Numbered from the stretch's first letter, positions 39,435 to 47,624 are shown. The stretch: 64,000 nucleotides of DNA from Bacteroidia bacterium (GCA_036676295.1 JAKFDE010000035.1:18727-82726); one strand, 5' to 3'. Notes: a model not told the origin generated them from the sequence alone. Numbers and translations are program-made.

Positions 39435-40682
39435 ATGAGCAAAGAATTAAAAATAGGATTATTCGGATTTGGATGTGTAGGCCAGGGACTTTACCATGTG
39501 TTAAACAATAGTACCGGCTTTAAAGCTGATATTGTAAAGATAGGCGTTAAGAATAAAAATAAGGAACGAACGGTTGCTAAAGAACTGATCACTTTTGATA
39601 AAGGAGACATTCTTAACAACCCTGAAATAGACGTTGTGGTGGAATTAATTGATGACGCTACAGAAGCTTTTTTGATCGTGAGCGAAGCGCTGAAAAAAGG
39701 CAAACATGTTGTAACAGCTAATAAAAAATTATTGGCTCTACATTTACAGGAATTATTAGATCTGGCACAGCAAAGCAACGTATCCTTGTTGTATGAGGCT
39801 TCTGCTTGCGGAAGCATCCCTATCATCAGAACTTTAGAAGAATACTTTGATAACGAAGAGTTAGAAAAAGTGTCGGGTATTTTTAACGGTACCACTAATT
39901 ATATTTTAACAAAGACGATCAGCGAAAAACTATCTTATGCTGAAGCATTAAAACAAGCACAGGAAAAAGGTTTTGCCGAATCAGACCCAACTAATGATGT
40001 TGAAGGTTTTGATGCAAAGTTTAAAGCTGTTATTCTGGCATTGCACGCTTTTGGTGTCATTATTAAATCTGAGGATGTGTTAAATTTAGGTATTACCACA
40101 TTGCATGATAATGACATTAAATATGCTTCAGAAAAAGGGTATAAAATTAAGTTGACCCCAATTATTCAGCGTTTGGAAGATGATAAAGTAAGTGTGTTTG
40201 TCGCTCCAAGATTTATTAAAACCAGTAATCATTTGTTTAATGTAGATAATGAGTTTAATGGTGTGATCGTAGAAGGTAAGTTTTCGGGCGAACAATTTTT
40301 GCAAGGAAGAGGAGCGGGAAGTTACCCAACCGGAGCGGCTGTATTATCAGATATCTCAGCTTTATCGCATGGTTATAAATATGAGTTTAAAAAATATACT
40401 CAAAAACATAAACCACAGTTTACCAATGATGTATTGTTAGATGTTTATTTCAGATATAGCTCTGTTTTAGATCTAGAAAAGATAGAATTCACAGAGATCA
40501 AAGAAAAATATACAGGAAGTGATTACAATTACGTAGTTGGAAAGGTGAAGCTTCAAACCCTGATCAAAGAAAGAGGTTATATTTTGAGTAATAATTTATT
40601 CATTTCATTAGTAAATGATAGCGTTAGTTTAGATAAAACAGTAATTAAAACAGAACTTAAAAAAGAGAAACAGTTGGCTTAA
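39435..40682 (+). CDS. hom: Homoserine dehydrogenase
   Basis: 415 aa. GLFGFGCVGQG NAD-binding site, GSIPII, GIFNGTTNYILT and FAESDPTNDVEGFDAKFK motifs. Confidence 0.9.
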   Translation: MSKELKIGLFGFGCVGQGLYHVLNNSTGFKADIVKIGVKNKNKERTVAKELITFDKGDILNNPEIDVVVELIDDATEAFLIVSEALKKGKHVVTANKKLLALHLQELLDLAQQSNVSLLYEASACGSIPIIRTLEEYFDNEELEKVSGIFNGTTNYILTKTISEKLSYAEALKQAQEKGFAESDPTNDVEGFDAKFKAVILALHAFGVIIKSEDVLNLGITTLHDNDIKYASEKGYKIKLTPIIQRLEDDKVSVFVAPRFIKTSNHLFNVDNEFNGVIVEGKFSGEQFLQGRGAGSYPTGAAVLSDISALSHGYKYEFKKYTQKHKPQFTNDVLLDVYFRYSSVLDLEKIEFTEIKEKYTGSDYNYVVGKVKLQTLIKERGYILSNNLFISLVNDSVSLDKTVIKTELKKEKQLA

Positions 40683-40748
40683 TTATTTTGTTTTAATTCC
40701 TACTGAATTAGTAGTATATTTGTTACATAATTGAAAAACGAATTGATT

Positions 40749-41210
40749 ATGTTACAAAAGAAAACAAAATATGCGATAAAAGCCTTACTGGCACTGGCAA
40801 AACAATACAAGGATAATAAACCTATGAGGATCTCAGAAATAGCGGAGACCGAAGGGATTCCCAGAAAATTCCTAGAAGCGATTATGCTAGATTTAAAACA
40901 TAATGGCATAGTAGGGAGTAAAATGGGATCAACGGGCGGTTATTATTTAACCAAACACCCGGAGGAAATTATGCTAAGTAATGTGATCCGGTTAACCGGA
41001 GGGCCAATAGCACTGCTGCCTTGTGTGAGTTTGAATTTTTATGAGCCCTGTGTTGAATGTGTGAGTGAGGAGATCTGTGGATTAAGAAATGTGATATTGG
41101 AAGTGAGGGAAGCGAGTATTAAGATCCTTTCAAAGACAAGTTTGTTGGATATTTTATTAAGAGAAAAAAAGTTAGAAAAAAAAGTTAAACCATTGAAAAC
41201 AAAAGGATAG
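40749..41210 (+). CDS. Rrf2-family transcriptional regulator with four-Cys cluster
   Basis: MLQKKTKYAIKALLALA wHTH N-terminus. C-x8-C-x2-C-x5-C (LPCVSLNFYEPCVECVSEEICG), as in Fe-S-binding Rrf2 proteins. The ORF-track start at 40731 is TTG, so ATG at 40749 is preferred. Confidence 0.8.
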   Translation: MLQKKTKYAIKALLALAKQYKDNKPMRISEIAETEGIPRKFLEAIMLDLKHNGIVGSKMGSTGGYYLTKHPEEIMLSNVIRLTGGPIALLPCVSLNFYEPCVECVSEEICGLRNVILEVREASIKILSKTSLLDILLREKKLEKKVKPLKTKG

Positions 41211-41265
41211 AATGATTTAATTCCTATTACTCCTATAGGATATATGTAAAATAAATCATTTTTTG

Positions 41266-41297
41266 TTTGGATAATAAAAAAACAATGCATTATTTTG
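41266..41297 (+). promoter_or_regulatory. Putative promoter of the sulfate-assimilation leader transcript
   Basis: TTTG (41266-41269), N20, TTATTTTG (41290-41297; one mismatch to TAnnTTTG), 13 nt before the leader ATG. Confidence 0.45.
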
Positions 41298-41310
41298 CAC
41301 ACGAAAAAAA

Positions 41311-41385
41311 ATGAAAAAGACGCCATTACATAAATTATTTTCTACAAAGCACATGATGTATTGTTGGATGCAACGTTGTTGTTAA
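41311..41385 (+). CDS. Met/Cys-rich leader peptide (24 aa) of the AKR-sir operon
   Basis: MKKTPLHKLFSTKHMMYCWMQRCC*; 6 of the last 10 codons are Met/Cys. An antiterminator/terminator pair follows directly. Confidence 0.65.
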   Translation: MKKTPLHKLFSTKHMMYCWMQRCC

Positions 41386-41412
41386 CGGAAGGATATTGTG
41401 TACAATATAAAA

Positions 41413-41441
41413 CCCCTCCGTTTGCACGGTGGGGTTTTTTT
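41413..41441 (+). terminator. Attenuator terminator upstream of the AKR-sir operon
   Basis: CCCCTCCG (41413-20), loop TTTGCA, CGGTGGGG (41427-34), then T7 (41435-41), 37 nt before the AKR ATG. The upstream CGGAAGG (41386-92) can instead pair with CCCTCCG (41414-20), enclosing an ATATT/AATAT mini-hairpin. That pairing is the candidate antiterminator. Confidence 0.8.
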
Positions 41442-41477
41442 ATAATCAAAAATTAGAAAATAGTTAAAACAGAAAAA

Positions 41478-42356
41478 ATGGAAAAAATTTATATCAGCGA
41501 AACAGGACCAGAAGTGTCCGCAGCCATCTACGGTTTTTGGAGATGGAACACTGTAGCTTTAGCAACAGAAAAAAAAGTTGAAGACATTATCAATTATAAT
41601 TTGGAATTAGGTGTAAACACCTTTGATCATAGCAATAATTACAGTAGTGGAAAAATCGAAGAATTATTTGGTAAGGTCATTTCAAAAAGTAACATTAACC
41701 GTGAGGATATTATTATTTCTACGAAATCAGGGATCAGAAACTTTTCGAACAAAAGTTCTAAAGGTGTTTATTACGATCTAAGCCCTGAACACATTACCAA
41801 AAGTATTGAAGAATCATTACAGCATTTAAAAACAGATTACATTGATATCTTTTTGTTAGAACATTACGATCCTTTGTATCAGGTTGAGGAAACTGCTTCG
41901 GCATTAATTAAATTATTACGCAGTGGCAAAGTAAAGCACATCGGTGTTTCTAACTTTAATGTCTTTCAACACCGTTTATTAGCCTCTCATTTAAATCAGC
42001 CAATTGTTACCAATCATATCGAATTGAATTTGTTGCAAAGTAGTGCTATTGATGATGGACGTTTGGATTTTATCAAAGAGCAATACAGTAAACCAATGGC
42101 CTTTGCTCCTTTAGCCGGTGGTCGTATTTTAAATGGTAAAGACAAGAAAGCGATCTCTGTTAGAAAAGCATTAACTGAAATTGCTAAAAATCATTCGATC
42201 AATGTAGAGCAAGCGGCGGTTGCATGGTTGTATAAACTAGGTGCTTTGCCAATTATTGGCAGTACGGATAAAAAACGTATTAAGAATGCGGCGAGCGCTT
42301 ACTCGGTTAATTTAAGTAAAGAAGAATGGTATCAATTGTATAACGCTGCAAAATAA
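41478..42356 (+). CDS. Aldo/keto reductase family oxidoreductase
   Basis: 292 aa. AKR (YdhF-like) pattern FDHSNNY, STKSG, DIFLLEH and HIGVSNF. Confidence 0.8.
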   Translation: MEKIYISETGPEVSAAIYGFWRWNTVALATEKKVEDIINYNLELGVNTFDHSNNYSSGKIEELFGKVISKSNINREDIIISTKSGIRNFSNKSSKGVYYDLSPEHITKSIEESLQHLKTDYIDIFLLEHYDPLYQVEETASALIKLLRSGKVKHIGVSNFNVFQHRLLASHLNQPIVTNHIELNLLQSSAIDDGRLDFIKEQYSKPMAFAPLAGGRILNGKDKKAISVRKALTEIAKNHSINVEQAAVAWLYKLGALPIIGSTDKKRIKNAASAYSVNLSKEEWYQLYNAAK

Positions 42357-42361
42357 TTTAT

Positions 42362-44488
42362 ATGCAAAGTTTTAGATCAGAATTAGAATTAGTCAATCAC
42401 TCAGGCAAAGCCTTGGTAGAAAAAGATATCATTGATCTGGATAAAAAGATCCGTGAATTTCGTGAAGGAAAAATTCATGAAGAAAAATTCAGAAGTCTTC
42501 GTTTAGCTCGTGGCGTTTATGGGCAAAGACAACAAGGTGTTCAGATGATCCGTATTAAATTACCATTTGGTAAAGTGAGTACTCAACAATTGTTGCGTAT
42601 TGCAGATATTAGTGATGAATATTCTAATGGAAATTTGCATTTAACCACTCGTCAGGATATTCAAATCCATCATGTGAGTTTGGATAGAACACCTGAGTTA
42701 TGGGCTAAGTTGGAACAAGAGGATATTACTTTACGTGAAGCTTGTGGTAATACGGTTCGTAATATAACGGCTTCTGCCGAAGCAGGTATCGACCCACATG
42801 AAGTATTTGATGTATCGCCTTATGCACATGCATTGTTTACTTATTTTTTGCGTAAACCATTTTGTCAGGAAATGGGAAGAAAGATCAAGATGGCTTTTTC
42901 TAATAATGATCAGGACACTGCTTTTACTTATATCCATGATTTGGGATTTATTCCAAAAATAAAAAATGGCGAAAGAGGATTTAAAGTTTTAGTGGGAGGT
43001 GGTTTAGGCGCTCAGCCATTTTTGGCGCAAACTGCTTTTGAATTTTTACATGAAGATAAACTAATTCCTTTTGTGGAAGCAACACTCAGAGTGTTTGATA
43101 GACATGGGGAAAGAGCCAGCAGACATAAAGCTCGCATCAAATATCTGATCAATAAAATTGGAATAGAAGAGTTTTTGAAATTGGTGAAAGAAGAAGAAAA
43201 AGCGTTGTTGGTAAAAGAATTTGAAATTGATACACGTTTAGAAAATGGTATAACCACTCTAAAAACAGTTTTACCAAAGGACTTGCCTGTTGTTAATGAA
43301 GATGATTATAAATTGTGGTTACAGACAAACACGTTTGAACAAAAACAAGCAGGGTTGTTTGGTGTGTATGTAAAAGTACAATTAGGAAATATTTCATCTG
43401 ATAAAACACGCAAGTTCGTAAAAGCGATTGCTAAGTACGCAGATACTGAAGATATACGTATTACGATCAATCAGGGCTTTTTATTAAAAAATATTGCTAA
43501 AGAAGAATTGCCATTTCTTTACAATGAATTGAATCGAATTAAGTTAGCTACACCTGGGTTTGATTCGGTAGCGGATATAACGGCTTGTCCTGGAACTGAT
43601 ACCTGTAATTTAGCTATTTCAAACAGCACCCATATTTCGGTGGCTTTAGAAAATGTGATCACGGAAGAATTCCCTGAATTGGTTCATAATCATGATATTA
43701 AAATCAAGATCAGTGGTTGTATGAATTCTTGCGGGCAACATGGGTTAGCTCAAATTGGCTTTCATGGCAGTTCTTTTAAAGTTGGTACAACTGTAGTTCC
43801 TGCTTTGCAAGTGTTATTGGGTGGTGGAACAGTAGGTAATGGTAAAGGTAGAATTTCGGAGAAAGTAATTAAAGTGGCCAGTAAACGTGCTCCGGATGTG
43901 TTAAGAAAATTATTTAATGATTTTGAAGCGAATGCGGTTGAAGGAGAATATTTTAATTCGTACTACGATAAAAAAGGGAAAGATTATTTCTATCAGTTAT
44001 TAAAACCAATAGGAGATAATAGTTCTTTAACTCCTGAAGAGTTAATTGATTGGGGACAGGAAGAGAAATTTGCGACAGCAATTGGAGTAGGAGAGTGTGC
44101 CGGTGTGGTGATCGATTTGGTAGCGACCTTGTTTTTTGAAGCGGAAGAAAAATTAGCCTGGAGTGCAGAAGCCTTTGAAAATAAACAATGGGGTGACAGT
44201 ATTTATTATTCTTATGCCGCTTTTATAAATGCTGCTAAGGGATTATTGTTAGATAAGCAAGTGCATGTGAATACACAACATGGAGTAATTAATGATTTTG
44301 ATAAAACATTTGTAGAATCAGGATTGATAAAATTAAAAGGTGAGTTTAAAGAATTGATCTTACAAATTAATAAACATGAGCCATCTATAGAGTTTGCTGA
44401 ATACTATTTCAACCAAGCAGAGCAGTTTTTAAATACCGTTAAAGTTTATAGGAATACTAATGTCACCCTGAGCGAAGTTGAAAGTTAA
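42362..44488 (+). CDS. sir: Assimilatory sulfite reductase (ferredoxin-type nitrite/sulfite reductase hemoprotein) with ~140 aa C-terminal extension
   Basis: 708 aa. Siroheme/4Fe-4S Cys motifs (ACPGTDTCNLA, SGCMNSCGQH) and duplicated NIR_SIR ferredoxin-like halves. Extra helical C-terminal domain. The last codons (NVTLSEVES) lie in a REP half-unit. Confidence 0.88.
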   Translation: MQSFRSELELVNHSGKALVEKDIIDLDKKIREFREGKIHEEKFRSLRLARGVYGQRQQGVQMIRIKLPFGKVSTQQLLRIADISDEYSNGNLHLTTRQDIQIHHVSLDRTPELWAKLEQEDITLREACGNTVRNITASAEAGIDPHEVFDVSPYAHALFTYFLRKPFCQEMGRKIKMAFSNNDQDTAFTYIHDLGFIPKIKNGERGFKVLVGGGLGAQPFLAQTAFEFLHEDKLIPFVEATLRVFDRHGERASRHKARIKYLINKIGIEEFLKLVKEEEKALLVKEFEIDTRLENGITTLKTVLPKDLPVVNEDDYKLWLQTNTFEQKQAGLFGVYVKVQLGNISSDKTRKFVKAIAKYADTEDIRITINQGFLLKNIAKEELPFLYNELNRIKLATPGFDSVADITACPGTDTCNLAISNSTHISVALENVITEEFPELVHNHDIKIKISGCMNSCGQHGLAQIGFHGSSFKVGTTVVPALQVLLGGGTVGNGKGRISEKVIKVASKRAPDVLRKLFNDFEANAVEGEYFNSYYDKKGKDYFYQLLKPIGDNSSLTPEELIDWGQEEKFATAIGVGECAGVVIDLVATLFFEAEEKLAWSAEAFENKQWGDSIYYSYAAFINAAKGLLLDKQVHVNTQHGVINDFDKTFVESGLIKLKGEFKELILQINKHEPSIEFAEYYFNQAEQFLNTVKVYRNTNVTLSEVES
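44462..44484. repeat. REP half-unit embedded in the 3' end of sir
   Basis: gtcaccctgagcgaagttgaaag closely matches gtcaccctgagcggagtcgaagg at 50468-50490. Confidence 0.6.
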
Positions 44489-44497
44489 TTATAAGTC

Positions 44498-44569
44498 ATG
44501 AAAAAAAGTAAATATATCTATATCAAGTTTGACAGTTGTTGTTGCTGTTGTGCTATCATAATATTTTAA
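44498..44569 (+). CDS. Penta-cysteine short ORF (23 aa), candidate cysteine-sensing leader peptide
   Basis: ATG is 9 nt after the sir stop. MKKSKYIYIKFDSCCCCCAIIIF*, with five consecutive Cys codons tgt tgt tgc tgt tgt at 44537-44551. Confidence 0.6.
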   Translation: MKKSKYIYIKFDSCCCCCAIIIF

Positions 44570-44618
44570 CTGTATGTGATGTTTCGGCTAATACAGTTGT
44601 ACTTAAAACCGAAACACC
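44570..44618 (+). promoter_or_regulatory. Mutually exclusive hairpins downstream of the poly-Cys sORF
   Basis: Hairpin A is CTGTAT (44570-75) with ATACAG (44591-96). Hairpin B is GTGATGTTTCGG (44576-87) with CCGAAACACC (44609-18). B's 5' arm lies in A's loop. No U-tract follows. The cobA ATG is at 44644. Confidence 0.4.
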
Positions 44619-44643
44619 AATAATAAATTAAACAAAAGAAATC

Positions 44644-45432
44644 ATGAGTAAAAAAATATATCCAAAATTAACCTTAGTAGGCGCGGGTCCTGGTGATCCT
44701 GATTTGATTACTGTTAAAGGAATTAAAGCCTTAAATACAGCAGATGTCATTTTATATGATGCTTTAGTAAATCCTGAAATTTTAAAACACGCTTCGTCTG
44801 AAGCCTTAACCATTTATGTAGGGAAACGTAATCACGAACATATTTATACTCAAGAACAAATAAATACCTTGATTGTTAATTACGCATACACTCACGGACA
44901 TGTAGTTCGTTTAAAAGGCGGAGACTCATTTGTCTTTGGTCGTGGTCAGGAAGAGATCAATTACATACAATCCTTTAATATTGAAACAGCTGTTGTCCCC
45001 GGTATATCCAGTTCTATTGGTGTTCCTGCATTGAGTGGTATTCCTGTTACACACCGTGGTGTGAGTGAAAGCTTTTGGGTAATTACAGGAACAACCAGAA
45101 CTAACCAGTTATCGGATGATGTGAAATTGGCAGCTGAAACCAATGCAACCGTTGTTATTTTAATGGGAATTTCAAAATTGAAAGAGATCGTAGAAATTTA
45201 TAAGAAAGAAAGAAAGTATGATACTGCTATTGCTTTGATCCAAAATGGTTCTTTAGAAACTGAAAAAATTGCTTTAGGAACGATTGATACAATTTTAAAA
45301 ACGGCTAAAAAAGAAAAGATTGAAGCACCTGCTGTTATTGTGATTGGTGACGTTGTGAAGCAACATATTAAATTTCCAGTAGAATTCTCAAATCTTAATT
45401 CATTATTAACTAAGATAGGAGGAGTGTCATGA
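44644..45432 (+). CDS. cobA: Uroporphyrinogen-III C-methyltransferase
   Basis: 262 aa. LVGAGPGDPDLITVKG SAM-binding N-terminus and RLKGGDSFVFGRG motif. Confidence 0.9.
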   Translation: MSKKIYPKLTLVGAGPGDPDLITVKGIKALNTADVILYDALVNPEILKHASSEALTIYVGKRNHEHIYTQEQINTLIVNYAYTHGHVVRLKGGDSFVFGRGQEEINYIQSFNIETAVVPGISSSIGVPALSGIPVTHRGVSESFWVITGTTRTNQLSDDVKLAAETNATVVILMGISKLKEIVEIYKKERKYDTAIALIQNGSLETEKIALGTIDTILKTAKKEKIEAPAVIVIGDVVKQHIKFPVEFSNLNSLLTKIGGVS

Positions 45433-46157
45433 AATTAAAATTATTTTTTGTTGTGATCATTGTGTTATTCGTTCTTAAGGCTTCGTCACAAGAAAATCAG
45501 GTTCATAATTATTATAACAATATGCTATGGGGAGGTTATTATAATACGATCGAAATAAATCCAAAATGGAGTATTGCTTCTGACGCACAAATAAGAACCA
45601 ATAATTGGCAGGAGAGTTTGTCTCAGGGCTTTGTTCGTTCTGGGTTAAATTATAAGTTTAATGATAAGATCAATGCTACAGCCGGATTCGCTTATTTTAA
45701 TTATATTATTACAAATTCTATTTGCAGAAATGAATACCGTCCCTGGCAAGAAGTTGCCATTAATGATAAATGGTGGAAGTTAAAAGTAACTCATCGTTAC
45801 AGGCTGGAAGAACGATTTAATCAAAAAATAAAAAATAGTTCTTCTATAAATGATTATACATTTAATTACCGCTTCAGGTATAAATTGGATTTTAAAATTC
45901 CTTTTAAAAAAGAATCTGAGAAAGGATCGAATGTGTATGTGATAGTAGGAAACGAATTGATGGTAAATATTGGCGATAAAGTAAGTCTTAATTTTTTTGA
46001 TCAAAATAGATCTTATATCGGTATTCATTATGAGTTAAATAGTAAACTTGGTCTGCAAATTCAATACATGAGAATATGGCAGCAATTGGCAGGAGGAACT
46101 TCTATGAATAATATTAATGTTTTACGTTTTAATATTTATCACACGATTACATTATGA
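45429..46157 (+). CDS. DUF2490-like secreted beta-barrel protein
   Basis: 242 aa. Signal peptide MKLKLFFVVIIVLFVLKASSQ. Aromatic-rich strands and an R.R.E.RF-type motif (HRYRLEERF). ATGA overlaps on both sides, with cobA and with sirC::TSUP. Confidence 0.5.
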   Translation: MKLKLFFVVIIVLFVLKASSQENQVHNYYNNMLWGGYYNTIEINPKWSIASDAQIRTNNWQESLSQGFVRSGLNYKFNDKINATAGFAYFNYIITNSICRNEYRPWQEVAINDKWWKLKVTHRYRLEERFNQKIKNSSSINDYTFNYRFRYKLDFKIPFKKESEKGSNVYVIVGNELMVNIGDKVSLNFFDQNRSYIGIHYELNSKLGLQIQYMRIWQQLAGGTSMNNINVLRFNIYHTITL

Positions 46158-47620
46158 TATCAGAAACAACAAATCAATTATTCCCGGTTTTTTTAAAACT
46201 AGAGAACTTCCGCGTGCTTATTGTAGGCGGTGGTAAAGTAGGTTTAGAAAAAGTGAGTGCTATTTTAAATAATAGTCCTCAAACGAGAATTACGTTAGTT
46301 GCTTCTAATGTGAGCGATGATATTAGAACGTTGAGTTTAAAACATGATAATTTAAAAATTCAGGAACGTGCTTTTTCAGAAAGTGATTTGAATGAAATTG
46401 ATCTGGTGATTTCTGCAGTTAATAATAAAGAAACGAGTTTAAAGATTAAAAATTTATCTAAGGAAAGAAACATTATTGCCAATGTGGCTGATACACCTGA
46501 GCAATGTGATTTTTACTTAGGATCTATTGTGCAAAAAGGGCAGGTGAAGATCGCTATATCTACTAATGGAAAATCGCCTACCATTGCCAAACGTATTCGT
46601 GAAACACTGGAAGATTCTTTTCCTTTAGAGATCAATGAATCTTTAGATAATTTGACTAATGTGAGAAAACACTTGAGTGGAAATTTTACTGATAAAGTAA
46701 AACAATTGAATAAGATTACTGCTGTGCTTTCTTCTGATCCTTCACAACTGACAAAAATCAGTAAAAAAAGAAGATTGATCTACAGTTTGTCAATCCCGGC
46801 TTTATTGATCCTGGGATATTTGTTATGTTATTATTTACCACCTGTTGTTATTGGCGGTTATAGCATTCAAATAGCAGAAAGCATTGATTCGAATATCCTC
46901 TATTATATTTTAGCAGGATTTGTAGCTCAGATGATTGATGGCGCGTTGGGCATGGCTTATGGTGTAACGGCAACCACATTTTTATTATCAGGTGGTATTT
47001 CGCCGGCAGCATCAAGTGCCAGTGTTCATGCTTCTGAAATTTTCACGAGTGGTGTGTCGGGTTTAATGCATTTGAAATTTGGAAACGTGAATACTAAACT
47101 GTTTCGTTCTTTATTAATTCCAGGAGTGATCGGTGCAATTTTAGGTGCGTATGTTTTAACCTCGCTCGAAGATTATAATTACATCATCAAACCATTGGTT
47201 TCAGGATACACTTTGTTTTTAGGAGTAGTGATTATTTTTAAGGCACTCAAAAAAGATAGTATTCGTAAACGTATCAAGCGAATTTTTCCTTTGGCATTTA
47301 CCGGCGGCTTGCTGGATTCAATTGGTGGTGGTGGTTGGGGACCAATTGTTTCATCAACCTTAATAGCAAGAGGTAGGAATGCACGTTACACCATTGGTTC
47401 TGTTAACCTGGCTGAATTTTTTGTAGCACTTGCTAGTTCTTTAACATTTGTCACCATCATTGGTTTAACACATTGGGTCATAATTGTAGGGTTAATTATA
47501 GGTGGAGTGATTGCAGCACCAATTGCGGCATATTTAGCTAATAAAATTCCTACTAAAACAATTATGATTTTGGTAGGTGTAGTAGTAATTATTGTAAGCT
47601 TAAAACGAATATTTTTTTAA
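46154..47620 (+). CDS. Fusion protein: precorrin-2 dehydrogenase/sirohydrochlorin ferrochelatase (SirC/CysG-N-like) + TauE/SafE (TSUP) family permease
   Basis: 488 aa. The N-terminal ~195 aa carry a VGGGKVG Rossmann site and the NVAD..E.CDF, ISTNGKSP motifs of siroheme synthase N-domains. The C-terminal ~280 aa have ~8 TM helices with GMAYGV and GGGGWGP motifs typical of DUF81/TSUP. Confidence 0.75.
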   Translation: MISETTNQLFPVFLKLENFRVLIVGGGKVGLEKVSAILNNSPQTRITLVASNVSDDIRTLSLKHDNLKIQERAFSESDLNEIDLVISAVNNKETSLKIKNLSKERNIIANVADTPEQCDFYLGSIVQKGQVKIAISTNGKSPTIAKRIRETLEDSFPLEINESLDNLTNVRKHLSGNFTDKVKQLNKITAVLSSDPSQLTKISKKRRLIYSLSIPALLILGYLLCYYLPPVVIGGYSIQIAESIDSNILYYILAGFVAQMIDGALGMAYGVTATTFLLSGGISPAASSASVHASEIFTSGVSGLMHLKFGNVNTKLFRSLLIPGVIGAILGAYVLTSLEDYNYIIKPLVSGYTLFLGVVIIFKALKKDSIRKRIKRIFPLAFTGGLLDSIGGGGWGPIVSSTLIARGRNARYTIGSVNLAEFFVALASSLTFVTIIGLTHWVIIVGLIIGGVIAAPIAAYLANKIPTKTIMILVGVVVIIVSLKRIFF

Positions 47621-47624
47621 AATT

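Noticed and set aside
40700-41326. Minus-strand ORFs 40700-40909 and 41039-41326 overlapping the Rrf2 gene and the leader promoter
   Set aside because: They are antisense to a well-supported Rrf2 regulator and to the promoter/leader region. They are hydrophobic and low-complexity, with no support.
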